Source: Lachnospiraceae bacterium
GTDB lineage: Bacteria > Bacillota > Clostridia > Lachnospirales > Lachnospiraceae
Direction of reading: 5' to 3'
Length of the DNA: 64,000 bases
Assembly (NCBI GenBank): GCA_009774245.1
Contig: VSNM01000005.1
Location: forward strand, 21,445 to 85,444
Position 1 is the first letter of the stretch; each line of letters starts with the position of its first letter. This document shows positions 20,101-30,853 of this stretch, one piece after another. Both the position numbers and the translations under genes were made by a program. Under the pieces are notes generated by a model that made no database searches, was not told where the DNA came from, and saw only the letters and a program-made list of their open reading frames with translations.

Positions 20101-20919
20101 TTACCGCGGTTCTTTCCGGAATCTGCCAGGTGTGGTGCCGGCGTTTTTGCGGAACTGCCGGCAGAAGTGCTCGGTGTTTTTGTAGCCGCACTGTTCCGCG
20201 ATCTCTGCGATGCTATGCCCTGTGTATGCGAGCAGATCCTTTGCCTTGCGCAGCCGGAAGTCAATGACATCGTCCATGCAGGAGACGCCAAACTGTTGTT
20301 TGTAGAGCAGCTGCAGATGTCCGTCGCTGATATGCAGCTGCTCAGCCATATTGTGGATTGTCCACGGCAGCTGCGGGTTCGTGGAAATCTGCCTGCGCAG
20401 CAGCAGCAGGGCGTGGTCGTGCGGGGATGTCGCGTGGTGCAGCACGTCGTCGCGCAGTTTCAAAAATAAGATGCGCAGCAGCTGGGTGATGATGGTGTGG
20501 TTGTTTTCCCCGGACTGGAGTGCACAGCCGTTCGTCCCGGCGTGGTGAAAGGAGCGGGAAGTGCCTGTCCACAGGGAAGTTTCCCAGGTGAGCAGCTGCA
20601 TGAGATTGTGGCAGTAATCCGGATCCGAGACGGGAAAGGGACGGTTGGCCTGCGGAAAATTCTGCACAAAGGGCTCGTCCGACGAGAAGCGCACCCAGTC
20701 GTCGCTGTAGCAGTCTGTGCTTGCACAGTACCAGATGGGGGTGTGCGGCGGGTAGAGCATGGCACAGTGCGCAGGGTATTCCTCTGTCACGCCGTCGATG
20801 CGGAAGCGCGCAGGCGTGTGGGTGATGAGAAGGAGATGGCAGTCGTACCCCTCCGTGACATCAAAGACAAAATCGCCGGGATGTCTGGCATCATAGCCGG
20901 TAAAATGGATATAGTTCAT
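20101..20919 (-). CDS. AraC family transcriptional regulator
   Basis: WTIHNMAEQLHIS...IAEQCGYKNTEHFCRQFRKNAGTTPGRFR. Confidence 0.9.
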   Translation of the reverse strand: MNYIHFTGYDARHPGDFVFDVTEGYDCHLLLITHTPARFRIDGVTEEYPAHCAMLYPPHTPIWYCASTDCYSDDWVRFSSDEPFVQNFPQANRPFPVSDPDYCHNLMQLLTWETSLWTGTSRSFHHAGTNGCALQSGENNHTIITQLLRILFLKLRDDVLHHATSPHDHALLLLRRQISTNPQLPWTIHNMAEQLHISDGHLQLLYKQQFGVSCMDDVIDFRLRKAKDLLAYTGHSIAEIAEQCGYKNTEHFCRQFRKNAGTTPGRFRKEPR

Positions 20920-21361
20920 GGAAGCCCTCCGTTTCGAGCATACTTTTCCAGTATATTATAACAGATTGGGTACAGGGTATGCAATAATTGTACTGTTAAA
21001 GCCGGAGCAGCCGGCGTCCTCCGAAATTCGTCCGTTTTCGATGGCGTTCTCATTCAGCAGATAACCGCCTTCGCTGTTGCCGCGGCTGACGGAAAATACA
21101 GCTGTACGGCCCTGTCCATCGACAGCAGTCACTTTCGGCGGCAGTCCTGAAATTGTCATAAGTAAATTAGGAGGAGGTGCTGTCAGATACGGGGACAGCA
21201 CCTTTGATTTTTCGGAAAGCGGCGGCTGTGCCATGTCACAAACAATCAGCATATGAGGATAAATCAAAAATCTATGAGTAAAAGTCATTGTATCCTGCCC
21301 GCTGGCAAAATATAATGATTGTATCGGTTTTAGTACATGCAGGGAAATTATGGAGGAGAGT

Positions 21362-22891
21362 ATGCGGGGAGAAAGAAGGATCACGGTAAGCCGGGATGCA
21401 GAGATACCTTTTTACAATAATGTGGATTTTTGCATCGGAACGGGGCGCATGGGACTGGCCCTGACACAGGAGTATCAGGAACAGCTCAGGCTGGTGCAGG
21501 AACAGATCGGTTTCCGGCACATCAGGGGGCACGGGCTGTTCTGTGATGATATGGCGATTTATCAGGAGTACGAGGAGGGCGGCGTCAGGAAAGCGGAGTA
21601 CAATTATACATATCTTGACCGGGTGATGGATTTTTACAGGAGTGTGGGGCTGCGGCCGTTTCTGGAGCTGGGCTTTATGCCGGGGAAGCTTGCGCGCGGC
21701 GCGCAGACGATTTTTTACTGGAAGGGAAACACGACTCCGCCGCGTGATTACAGTGCGTGGTGCGGGATGGTGCAGTGTACGCTGCGCCATCTGATGGACC
21801 GCTACGGTGCGGATGAGGTCGTGACGTGGCCGGTCGAGGTGTGGAATGAGCCAAACCTGTGCGGCTTCTGGGAGCATGCGGACATGCAGGAGTACTTCCG
21901 TCTTTTTCACGAGACCTTTCACGCGGTGAAGGCGGTGGATGACAGGTTCTGTGTGGGCGGTCCGGCGGTATGCGGAGGCACGGATGAGGTGTGGATCCGC
22001 GCGTTTATGGAGTATTGCAGTGAGAACGGGCTTGCGGTGGATTTTGTGACCAGGCATCACTACACGATCGAGCAGCCGGTGTGCGACGGGCGCTATGACT
22101 ATGTGAAGCTGATGAAGCCGGAGGACGGTTTTGACAATCTGAAAACGACGAGGGACATTGTTGACTCCTTTGAGCCGTACAGGAACCTGCCTGTTCATAT
22201 CACGGAGTTTAACACGTCCTACACGCCAAGGAGTGCGATCCACGACACAAACCTCAATGCGGCGTTCATCGCGCACCAGCTGTCACGGCTGGGTGATGGC
22301 AATGCGTCGTATTCGTACTGGACGTTCGGCGATGTGTTTGAGGAGGCAGGTGTGCCGTTTACACCGTTTCACGGGGGATTCGGGCTGGTGGCGGACGGGT
22401 GCATTCCCAAGCCGACCTTCTGGACGTTTGTGTTTTATAAAAAACTGCAGGAGAGCGGAGGAACGTGCGTCTATAGAGATGACACTATGCTGGTGCTCAG
22501 GGGGCCGGACGGCGGCTACCTGGGCGTGGGCTGGAATCCGGTGGAATCCGGACCCGGGGAGGAGAAGGGTGTCACGCTTTCCCTGCCGGTGGAGGCGGGC
22601 ACGTACAGCCTTCTGACAGAGACGGTGGACGAGGAGACCTGCAATCCGCTGAAGGTGTGGCATGATCTGGGCGAACCGGCCAATCCGTCGGACGGGCAGA
22701 CAAAGCTTCTGCGGCAGGCGGCACAGCCTTTTGTGCAGACGGACAGGGTGGAGTGTGCGGCGGCAGGCGCCAGGATCGGTCTTTTGCTGAAACGCAACGC
22801 GGTCGTCTGCTTTGAATTCCGGAAATGCGGGGGACAGTCCGACCGCGGTTATGATTACGGGCGCGCTGTCGGCGGCGGTGACGGGGAGTGA
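21362..22891 (+). CDS. GH39 beta-xylosidase
   Basis: IGTGRMGLAL, HIRGHGLF, PFLELGFMP, EVWNEPN (acid/base), HITEFN (nucleophile), SYWTFGDVFEE. Confidence 0.93.
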   Translation: MRGERRITVSRDAEIPFYNNVDFCIGTGRMGLALTQEYQEQLRLVQEQIGFRHIRGHGLFCDDMAIYQEYEEGGVRKAEYNYTYLDRVMDFYRSVGLRPFLELGFMPGKLARGAQTIFYWKGNTTPPRDYSAWCGMVQCTLRHLMDRYGADEVVTWPVEVWNEPNLCGFWEHADMQEYFRLFHETFHAVKAVDDRFCVGGPAVCGGTDEVWIRAFMEYCSENGLAVDFVTRHHYTIEQPVCDGRYDYVKLMKPEDGFDNLKTTRDIVDSFEPYRNLPVHITEFNTSYTPRSAIHDTNLNAAFIAHQLSRLGDGNASYSYWTFGDVFEEAGVPFTPFHGGFGLVADGCIPKPTFWTFVFYKKLQESGGTCVYRDDTMLVLRGPDGGYLGVGWNPVESGPGEEKGVTLSLPVEAGTYSLLTETVDEETCNPLKVWHDLGEPANPSDGQTKLLRQAAQPFVQTDRVECAAAGARIGLLLKRNAVVCFEFRKCGGQSDRGYDYGRAVGGGDGE

Positions 22892-22961
22892 TGGTCTGTC
22901 CATGAGGGGACAGGGTGCACCGGGGATGGCTCCGGATGAGTTATAGGAGGAAGAAAAGGAC

Positions 22962-24416
22962 ATGGATACAGGAAAAATTGCTTTGGCAAAGGCCTGCAAG
23001 GGCCTGGAGGATACCAATCCGCTCATGACACAGCGGTTTGGTGCGGATCCGTATGCGATGGTTTACAAGGACCGCGTGTACATATATATGACGGCGGACG
23101 CGTTTGAGTACGAAACGGATGGGAGTATTAAGGAGAATACATACAGTAAGATTCACCAGATCAATGTGATCTCGACAAATGACATGGTCAATTTTACCGA
23201 CCACGGCGCTGTCAATGCGGCTTCGCAGACGGGAATCGCAAAGTGGGCGGGAAATTCGTGGGCACCTGCCGCGGCGTGGAAGGAGATTGACGGGAAAGAC
23301 CGGTTTTTCCTTTATTTTGCGGATGGCGGCGGAGGGATCGGCGTCCTGCAGGCGGATAGCCCGACAGGGCCGTTCCGCGATCCTTTGGGAAAAGGGCTGG
23401 TCACCAGGGAGACGCCAAACTGCGCGGATGTGCTCTGGCTGTTTGATCCGGCGGTGCTGGTGGATGACGACGGGCGGGCGTACCTGTACTTTGGCGGCGG
23501 CGTGCCCGATGGGAAGGCGGCCGCGCCGGGCACGGCGAGAGTGGTGGAACTCGGCGCGGACATGGTGAGCATTGCCGGTGAGCCGCAGGCAATGGATGTG
23601 CCGTATTTGTTTGAAGATTCCGGCATTCACAAGGCAGGCGGAAAATATTACTACACATACTGTACCAACTGGAATGTTGATGCGGCGGGGACAGAGCGGT
23701 ATGGATTTCATAACGGGGAGATCGCCTGCATGGTCAGCGATGCGCCGATGGGGCCTTTTGTGTACCGGGAGACGATCTTAAGAAATCCGAGCAGGGTATT
23801 CGGACTCGAAAGCAATAACCATCACTGCGTATTCTGCTTTCAGGATCAGTGGTATATTGCTTACCACACGAGGATTCTTGAGAAGGCGATGGGCGTGGAG
23901 AAGGGCTACCGCTGTACCCATATTGATGCGTTTGCGATGCAGGAGGACGGCGCGATCGGGGAGATCAGTCAGACGCTGCGAGGCAGGAAACAGGTTCGGT
24001 ATGTGGACGCTTATCAGGAGAATCCGGCGGTCAGTTTTGCCGTCATGGCAGGCGCGGGCACTGCCGCGGAGGATCGGAGCGGACAGTGTGGCGGCAGTAT
24101 GGTGCTGACGGATATTGAACGGGGCGGTTTTATCAGGGTGGCAGGTGTGGACTTTGCAAAGGGAGCGCCAAAGCTGTTTGCGATGGCGCTCAGGTGTGCC
24201 GGAAACGGCACGGCGCGCGGTGCGGTGCAGGTGCGCATTGACAGTCCGGAAGGGGAACTTCTGGCATGTCTGGATCTAACGGATCTGACAGACGGGCAAA
24301 AGTTTACAGTGTGTGGGACACAGCTTCTGACGCCGGTGCAGGGGGTTCACGATTTGTATCTGATCTTTGACGGAGCCGGGTTTGAGGTCCGGAGCTGGCG
24401 GTTTGTGGAGGAATAA
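22962..24416 (+). CDS. GH43 arabinoxylan arabinofuranohydrolase (XynD-like) with CBM6
   Basis: FGADP, SWAP, WLFDPAVLVDDDG, YLFEDSG, NNHH; C-terminal VDF...VRIDSPEG...GVHDLYLIF. Confidence 0.88.
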   Translation: MDTGKIALAKACKGLEDTNPLMTQRFGADPYAMVYKDRVYIYMTADAFEYETDGSIKENTYSKIHQINVISTNDMVNFTDHGAVNAASQTGIAKWAGNSWAPAAAWKEIDGKDRFFLYFADGGGGIGVLQADSPTGPFRDPLGKGLVTRETPNCADVLWLFDPAVLVDDDGRAYLYFGGGVPDGKAAAPGTARVVELGADMVSIAGEPQAMDVPYLFEDSGIHKAGGKYYYTYCTNWNVDAAGTERYGFHNGEIACMVSDAPMGPFVYRETILRNPSRVFGLESNNHHCVFCFQDQWYIAYHTRILEKAMGVEKGYRCTHIDAFAMQEDGAIGEISQTLRGRKQVRYVDAYQENPAVSFAVMAGAGTAAEDRSGQCGGSMVLTDIERGGFIRVAGVDFAKGAPKLFAMALRCAGNGTARGAVQVRIDSPEGELLACLDLTDLTDGQKFTVCGTQLLTPVQGVHDLYLIFDGAGFEVRSWRFVEE

Positions 24417-24607
24417 GTTATACGGTTCGGTATGGCTGACTGGTAATCATAGGACACTTTGGGGTCAGACGTGTTCAGGAACGCAAGATATGGGTATCTT
24501 TGCGCAAACGGTAGGCAGTATTTGCCGGAAAAATATTGTATGCTGAAAAAAACAATTTTCTATTCATCGATAGATTCGAGTATAGAAGAGGTGAGGAGGA
24601 ACATACG

Positions 24608-26749
24608 ATGGAATTGGTTCAGGACAGGGAAAAGACAGCGGAGTACCGCAGGCGTGCGCAGGAGCTTGTCGCGCAGATGACGCTGGAGGAGAAGGTGATG
24701 CAGACGGTTCACCAGTCCCCGGCAATCGAGAGGCTTGGCATCAAGGCGTACAATTGGTGGAACGAGGCGCTGCACGGCGTGGCGCGCGCGGGCACGGCGA
24801 CGGTGTTTCCGCAGGCAGTCGGCATGGCGGCGGTGTTTGACGAGGACCTGATGGAGCAGGTGGGCGATGCGGTCTCCACGGAGGCGCGGGCAAAGTTTTT
24901 GATGCAGCAGGAGGGGGACGACGAGGACATTTACAAGGGACTTACGTTCTGGGCGCCCAACGTCAATATTTTCCGTGATCCGAGATGGGGACGGGGACAT
25001 GAGACTTTCGGGGAAGACCCATATCTCACGAGCAGGCTTGGTGTGCGCTATATCATGGGCTTGCAGGGGCATGATGAGAAATATTTAAAGACTGCGGCGT
25101 GCGCGAAGCATTTCGCGGTTCACAGCGGGCCGGAGGATGTGCGTCACAGTTTTGACGCGCGGGTGAATGAGCAGGACCTGCGCGAGACGTATCTCCCTGC
25201 GTTTCAGGCCTGTGTGCAGGAGGCAGGGGTGGAGACCGTGATGGGCGCGTACAACCGCACGAACGGGGAGCCCTGCTGCGGGAGCGGACGTCTCCTGAAT
25301 GAGATTTTGCGCAAGGAGTGGGGGTTTGAGGGACATGTGACCTCGGACTGCTGGGCGATCAGGGATTTTCATGAGCACCATGGAGTGACGGCAACGCCTG
25401 TGGAATCGGTCGCTCTTGCCATGAACAATGGGTGTGACCTGAACTGCGGTTCGCTCTTCCTGTATCTGAAGCAGGCAGTCGAGGAGGGGCTGGTAGATGA
25501 GAAACGGCTTGACGAGGCGGTGGTAAACCTTTTTACCTCACGCATGAAGCTGGGTGTTTTTGACAAAAAGGGGGAAAATCCATATGACGATATTTCCTAC
25601 ACGGTTGTAGATTCACCCGAGATGCGCAGGCTGAATGAACAGGTGGCAGAGCGCAGTGTCGTGCTGCTCAGGAATGACAACCATACGCTGCCGCTGCGGA
25701 AAGACAAGATACATACGATCGGCGTGATCGGCCCGAACGCGGACAACCGCAGGGCGCTGGTCGGCAACTATGAAGGTACAGCGTCGCGCTATGTGACAGT
25801 GCTCGAGGGGATTCAGGACTATGTCGGCGACGAGGTGCGCGTCCTCTATTCCGAGGGCTGCCATCTGTACAAGGACAGGACGAGCGGACTGGCGCAGGAG
25901 AATGACCGCGCTTCCGAGGTGCGCGGCGTATGCAGGGCGAGTGATGTCGTCATCGCGGTGATGGGGCTGGACGCTTCGCTGGAGGGCGAGGAGGGCGACA
26001 CCGGCAACGAGTACGGAAGCGGTGACAAGCCGAACTTAAACCTGCCAGGGCTGCAGCACGATATCTTAAAAATTGCGAAGGAGAGCGGAAAGCCGGTGAT
26101 CCTGGTACTGCTGACGGGCAGCGCGATGGCGGTGACCTGGGAGGATGAGAACCTCGACGCGATCGTGCAGGGCTGGTATCCGGGAGCACAGGGCGGAACG
26201 GCGATCGCGCGGATCTTATTTGGCGAGGCAAACCCGGAGGGAAAGCTTCCCGTGACGTTTTACCGCACGACGGAGGAGCTTCCGGCGTTTGAGGACTATT
26301 CTATGAAGGGCAGGACTTATCGTTATATGAAGCAGAAAGCACTGTATCCGTTTGGTTTCGGGCTGTCATACACGGATTATGTATATGAGAATGCGGTGGT
26401 CGTATCGGACGATATCCGAGGGGGGAAAGGTGTTGTCCTGCGGGCGGATGTCAGAAATGCCGGGGCGATGGACGGGACGGAAACGGTTCAGATCTATGTC
26501 GGCCTCGAGCGCGAGGATGCGCCGAATCCGCAGCTCAAAAAGATCGTGAAGGTTTCATTGAAGGCGGGGGAGACGAGGAAGGTCGAGGTCGTACTGCCGG
26601 AAGAGGCATTTATGCTCTGCAATAAATATGGGGAGCGCATACTGTATCCGGGGACATACCATATCTACATGGGCGGTTCACAGCCGGACGCGCGGAGCCG
26701 GGAGCTGACGAAGAAGGAAGTGTGTCATTTTCAGATCTCACTGGATTAG
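24608..26749 (+). CDS. GH3 beta-xylosidase
   Basis: WWNEALHG, FRDPRWGRGHETFGEDP, CAKHFA, VTSDCWA, GWYPG. Confidence 0.93.
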   Translation: MELVQDREKTAEYRRRAQELVAQMTLEEKVMQTVHQSPAIERLGIKAYNWWNEALHGVARAGTATVFPQAVGMAAVFDEDLMEQVGDAVSTEARAKFLMQQEGDDEDIYKGLTFWAPNVNIFRDPRWGRGHETFGEDPYLTSRLGVRYIMGLQGHDEKYLKTAACAKHFAVHSGPEDVRHSFDARVNEQDLRETYLPAFQACVQEAGVETVMGAYNRTNGEPCCGSGRLLNEILRKEWGFEGHVTSDCWAIRDFHEHHGVTATPVESVALAMNNGCDLNCGSLFLYLKQAVEEGLVDEKRLDEAVVNLFTSRMKLGVFDKKGENPYDDISYTVVDSPEMRRLNEQVAERSVVLLRNDNHTLPLRKDKIHTIGVIGPNADNRRALVGNYEGTASRYVTVLEGIQDYVGDEVRVLYSEGCHLYKDRTSGLAQENDRASEVRGVCRASDVVIAVMGLDASLEGEEGDTGNEYGSGDKPNLNLPGLQHDILKIAKESGKPVILVLLTGSAMAVTWEDENLDAIVQGWYPGAQGGTAIARILFGEANPEGKLPVTFYRTTEELPAFEDYSMKGRTYRYMKQKALYPFGFGLSYTDYVYENAVVVSDDIRGGKGVVLRADVRNAGAMDGTETVQIYVGLEREDAPNPQLKKIVKVSLKAGETRKVEVVLPEEAFMLCNKYGERILYPGTYHIYMGGSQPDARSRELTKKEVCHFQISLD

Positions 26750-26779
26750 GAATTGTAAAGGGATGGAAGCAGTGAAGGA

Positions 26780-26822
26780 GGCACCTGATGTAAGGCATAT
26801 CAAAGGCATTGCATCAGGTGCC
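26780..26822 (+). other. Intergenic stem-loop
   Basis: GGCACCTGATGTAA / TTGCATCAGGTGCC, a 14-bp stem with one G-U pair and a weak U-tract. Confidence 0.7.
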
Positions 26823-26878
26823 GCTTTCTATGCGCGGCAGTGGAAAGGTATTCATTTTATAAGGGAGGAGCGGTGGAA

Positions 26879-28939
26879 ATGGTTCGTAAGAAGCGTCTGG
26901 TACTGCGGCGGTTTGGGGCCGCGTTTGCAGCGGCTGCGATAGCGGTATCGGGGATTGTGCCGGAAAGGGGGAGCTGTATGGCCGAGGCGGCGCAGGAGGA
27001 CAGATATGCAGATATCAGCGGGTATGAGCGCCTGGATGATCTGTACCGGGATTATTTCCGGTTTGGGGCGGCCTGTGAGGCGATCAGCCACTGGAATGAC
27101 CGGAATAAGGAAATCGGAAATCCGGCGAAGGAGGAGTTGATCAGCACTGTGTTTAACAGCATCACCTGCGGAAACGAGATGAAGCCGGCCTATAATTTTG
27201 ATGCGGCGTCCGGGTCGCTCCTGTCGTTTAACCCTGCGGCAGAGGAGATGCTGGACTGGGCGGCGGCGCATGATATGGGCGTGCGGGGGCATACATTGGT
27301 CTGGCACAGCCAGGTCGATCCTTCGATCTTTGCAAAGGATTTCGCGGCATATTCGGGCGGGCAGCTGACGCGCTCGGATACGGCGGAGCTGGACGAGGAG
27401 TGCCTTGTGGACAGGGAGACGCTGCTGGCACGGTTAAAGACATACATATACAGTGTGATGGAGTACACATACCGGCATGGTTATGCCAGGACGATTTATG
27501 CCTGGGATGTGGTGAACGAGGCGGCGGACGAGAGCAGCGGGGACGGTCTGCGCAGGAGCTACTGGTACAGGATCATCGGGCCGGACTATCTCTACTATGC
27601 TTTCCTGTACGCGCGTGAGGCGGAGAACCTCTATGCAGGACAGTATGCCGCGGATTATGGGCTGAATGCGGAGACGGACGACTTGTCAGAGATCATGCCA
27701 AAACTTTTTTATAATGACTACAATGAGTGGTTTGAGGACAGAAGCGACAAGATTGTGAAATTCCTGACACAGGACCAATGGAATGAAAACCATTCGAAAG
27801 TGCAGAGCGATGTCATTTTGCCGGACGGTGACGGTACGATCTACGGTGACGGACTGATCGACGGCATCGGTATGCAGGGACATCTCGATGACACGCAGGA
27901 CATCGACCAGTACATGCGCGCCCTGCGGAAGTACAGTGCGGCGGTGGATGAGGTCCATATCACGGAGCTTGATGTGGGCTGCAGCCGGACGGACGAGACA
28001 GCGTGGTATTACCAGGCAGAATTTTATTACGAATTTTTCTCGCGGCTGGTCGCGGAGGTGGAGAGCGGTGCGAAGCTAACGTCCGTGACAGTCTGGGGGC
28101 TGACGGATGACGCGTCGTGGCGCGTGGACGCAAATCCGCTCTTGTTTTACGGAAACCTTGGAAAAAAGCCGGCGTTTGACGCGGTGGTGATGGCGGCAAA
28201 GGGTGAGGCGTTTGACATGACTGTGGCGGATACATTGCCAGAGGCCGGAGACGTGCTGATTGATTTTGAACCGTACACGGAAGGCGGCAGGGTGAAGAAC
28301 GTCGACCTGAAAGAAGCCGGCATTCTCGGCCGCGGGACAGGTCATCAGGCGGTGTTAAAGATCGAGCAGAAGGTGAACCACACGGAAGGGGCTGCAATCG
28401 GTTTTGCGCTCAAGGTGTCGCGAAATGAGCAGGACGCGGGTATGAAGTTTGACGTGTCGCGCTATGCGGGGAAGACCGTCACGGTCACGGTGCATGTCAG
28501 GACGGAGGACAGGACGATCCGCATGGGGCTGGACACGGGGAGCGACAGCATGCTTGTGGAGACAGCGTCTGCCGGGGAGTGGACGGCGCTCTCGGCAGTG
28601 TGCACGATACCCGAAGATGTCAGGGCGGCGTCTGTCTATGTCGAGACGGACGGGGCGGCGGACTTTTATGTCGATGACATCTCGATCGTGATTGGCGGCA
28701 GCCAGGCAGCACAGCCTGGCGATGGACAGACAGAAGAAAGAGAGCCGGATGAGGGCCGGACAGGGAGAGAAGAAAGAGAGCCGGATGAGAGCCGGCACGG
28801 AGCCGGAGATGTCAGCGGCAGTCCGGGCATAAGTACAGAGGAGACAGGGAAAAAGGGCAGTATGGCAGTGGTCCTGGCAGCTGCGGCCGCAGTCGTCTGC
28901 GCGGCGGCAGGGATTGTAGTGTGGAGAAAAAGAAAATAA
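26879..28939 (+). CDS. GH10 endo-1,4-beta-xylanase with a CBM22/CBM4_9-like domain and C-terminal membrane anchor
   Basis: Signal peptide; NEMKP, VRGHTLVWHSQ, WDVVNEA, LFYNDYN, IGMQGH, ITELDV; FYVDDISI; hydrophobic tail plus RKRK. Confidence 0.92.
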   Translation: MVRKKRLVLRRFGAAFAAAAIAVSGIVPERGSCMAEAAQEDRYADISGYERLDDLYRDYFRFGAACEAISHWNDRNKEIGNPAKEELISTVFNSITCGNEMKPAYNFDAASGSLLSFNPAAEEMLDWAAAHDMGVRGHTLVWHSQVDPSIFAKDFAAYSGGQLTRSDTAELDEECLVDRETLLARLKTYIYSVMEYTYRHGYARTIYAWDVVNEAADESSGDGLRRSYWYRIIGPDYLYYAFLYAREAENLYAGQYAADYGLNAETDDLSEIMPKLFYNDYNEWFEDRSDKIVKFLTQDQWNENHSKVQSDVILPDGDGTIYGDGLIDGIGMQGHLDDTQDIDQYMRALRKYSAAVDEVHITELDVGCSRTDETAWYYQAEFYYEFFSRLVAEVESGAKLTSVTVWGLTDDASWRVDANPLLFYGNLGKKPAFDAVVMAAKGEAFDMTVADTLPEAGDVLIDFEPYTEGGRVKNVDLKEAGILGRGTGHQAVLKIEQKVNHTEGAAIGFALKVSRNEQDAGMKFDVSRYAGKTVTVTVHVRTEDRTIRMGLDTGSDSMLVETASAGEWTALSAVCTIPEDVRAASVYVETDGAADFYVDDISIVIGGSQAAQPGDGQTEEREPDEGRTGREEREPDESRHGAGDVSGSPGISTEETGKKGSMAVVLAAAAAVVCAAAGIVVWRKRK
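28732..28789 (+). repeat. 22-bp direct repeat in the GH10 linker (EEREPDE x2)
   Basis: AGAAGAAAGAGAGCCGGATGAG at 28732-28753 and 28768-28789. Confidence 0.85.
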
Positions 28940-28978
28940 GATATCAAGTATCAAATAAGTATGGGAGGAAATACAAGT

Positions 28979-30793
28979 ATGAGAATATTATGTTACACGA
29001 GACAGCCCGAGGAGGACATCCTTTATGCGAACCGCCTGGCGTACAGCATGCATCTGGCGTGGGAGTCAGGGACAGGCGCGTATATACCGTTTCATCACAA
29101 TGAGGGGATCCTGTACGCAAAGGCGACACAGGATATGCAGACCGGTGTACTGTGTGCCAAGAGCCTGAAAAATCCGTGGATCTTTCAGACGGAGGACGGT
29201 TCGTATGGCATCGCAGCCGTGCGGACGGACGCAGAGGGGGAGCGGGATGCGGAGAGCGAGGGCTGCATCCTGGTTTTCCGGAGTGAGGATCTGGTGCATT
29301 ATGAGGAAGCCGGACTCTGGCGTGTCCAGCAGAATGGCTATGTCAGCGAGATCCGGTGTGCCTGCGGTGCAGGGGGCAGGACATACCTGATCTGCTGGCG
29401 TGGGGAGGATGGCATCTGGCGGGAAGGACAGGGCAGTCTCTTTGGCGCGGACGGGATTGACCCGGAGACAGTGAAGGTGACAGAAAAGCCGGCCATCAGC
29501 GAATGCCGGTTTGGAGGGACGGCGTCCGCGAAGATGGAGCATTGGTCGGCAATAGAAGGAATCTGCCCGGGAAATGTGATTGAAATACCGGATGAGAAAG
29601 GGGCGTATCTGGTCAGGAAGCTCATGACGCCTGTCTGTGAGCAGGTAACACTGTCCAGCGAGGAAGATCCGCTCCATGCAGAGGCCGTCGCGGCCTACAG
29701 TGACGGTACGGTGGTGCGCCGGGGGATCGACTGGGACATGGACACACCAGAGAAGTCCGGGGACGGCAGATACATGCTGTATCACGGGCAGGTGCATCAG
29801 GAGCATTTCGACGCGCCCTTTGCAGTGAACCGCGCGGACCCGTGCTGTATGTACTGGCATGGAAAATACTACTATATCGCCACAAACGATGCAGATGACA
29901 ATAAGACCTTATATATCCGCTGTGCGGACACCCTTGAGAGAATCATGGAGGCCGAGGAAGTGCTGATACTGGACACGGTCACGTATCCGGGGATTGGCGG
30001 GCTGCTGTGGGCGCCGGAATTTCACGAGATCGGCGGGAGGCTCTACCTGTTCCATGCAGCTACCCAGGGTGAGTTTTTCTGTGAGGAGTCCCGCGTGATG
30101 AAACTGCGCGACGGGGGAGACCCGATGTGCAGGGCAGACTGGTCAGAGCCGCAGCTGGTGGTCAGAAAGGACGGGACACCGCTGTGCGAGGCAGGGAAGG
30201 TCATTTCGCTGGATATGACAACGTTTGCATATCAGGGTGACATCTATGCCATGTGGTCACAGCGCCGGTTCCTGCCAGTTGACCAGGGCGCGTGGCTGTA
30301 TCTGGCGCGGATCGACGCGCGCGAGCCGTGGAAGCTTGTCAGCGATCCGGTATGCATCGCAAAGCCGGAATACGGCTGGGAAAACAATCACACGTTCGTG
30401 GTCGAGGGGCCGTATGCATTGGAGCGCGGCGGGCAGCTGATGGTGACATACTCGGGTGCGGCCGTTGACGCCACATACACTGTCGGTATGCTGAAGCCCA
30501 GGATGGGGAGTGATATCCTGAATCCCGAAAATTGGAAAAAGAGCAATTATCCGCTGCTGTCTTCCCGGAGTGCGGAGGGAGAGTACGGGACAGGACACAA
30601 CGCCTATCTGACGGACGAGCACGGAGTGGTATGGAATTTTTACCACGCAAGACCTGGTGTGGAGGCACCGCGTTCCTCCTTTGCGCGGCGGGTGCATTTT
30701 GATGTGGACAATGAGCCGATGCTTGACGTGCACGAGGCGCTGGATCTGCCGGAACAGCTGCGGCATGTGGCGGGACGCGTACAATGCCGTTAG
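28979..30793 (+). CDS. GH43 glycoside hydrolase with N-terminal accessory domains
   Basis: RADP, LWAPEFH, ISLDMT, VVEGP, GTGHN, FYHAR. Confidence 0.85.
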   Translation: MRILCYTRQPEEDILYANRLAYSMHLAWESGTGAYIPFHHNEGILYAKATQDMQTGVLCAKSLKNPWIFQTEDGSYGIAAVRTDAEGERDAESEGCILVFRSEDLVHYEEAGLWRVQQNGYVSEIRCACGAGGRTYLICWRGEDGIWREGQGSLFGADGIDPETVKVTEKPAISECRFGGTASAKMEHWSAIEGICPGNVIEIPDEKGAYLVRKLMTPVCEQVTLSSEEDPLHAEAVAAYSDGTVVRRGIDWDMDTPEKSGDGRYMLYHGQVHQEHFDAPFAVNRADPCCMYWHGKYYYIATNDADDNKTLYIRCADTLERIMEAEEVLILDTVTYPGIGGLLWAPEFHEIGGRLYLFHAATQGEFFCEESRVMKLRDGGDPMCRADWSEPQLVVRKDGTPLCEAGKVISLDMTTFAYQGDIYAMWSQRRFLPVDQGAWLYLARIDAREPWKLVSDPVCIAKPEYGWENNHTFVVEGPYALERGGQLMVTYSGAAVDATYTVGMLKPRMGSDILNPENWKKSNYPLLSSRSAEGEYGTGHNAYLTDEHGVVWNFYHARPGVEAPRSSFARRVHFDVDNEPMLDVHEALDLPEQLRHVAGRVQCR

Positions 30794-30853
30794 GAGACAG
30801 TTTTTGATTTTGGCATGTATAGGTATGGAGAACAGAAAGTGAGATGGTATCCT

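Noticed and set aside
20956..21384. 142-aa minus-strand ORF between AraC and GH39
   Set aside because: No RBS or recognisable motif and it overlaps the GH39 promoter/start; may be a gene remnant but cannot be supported.
26879..26990. Tat signal in GH10 (LRRF)
   Set aside because: Does not fit S/T-R-R-x-F-L-K well; treated as an ordinary basic signal N-region.
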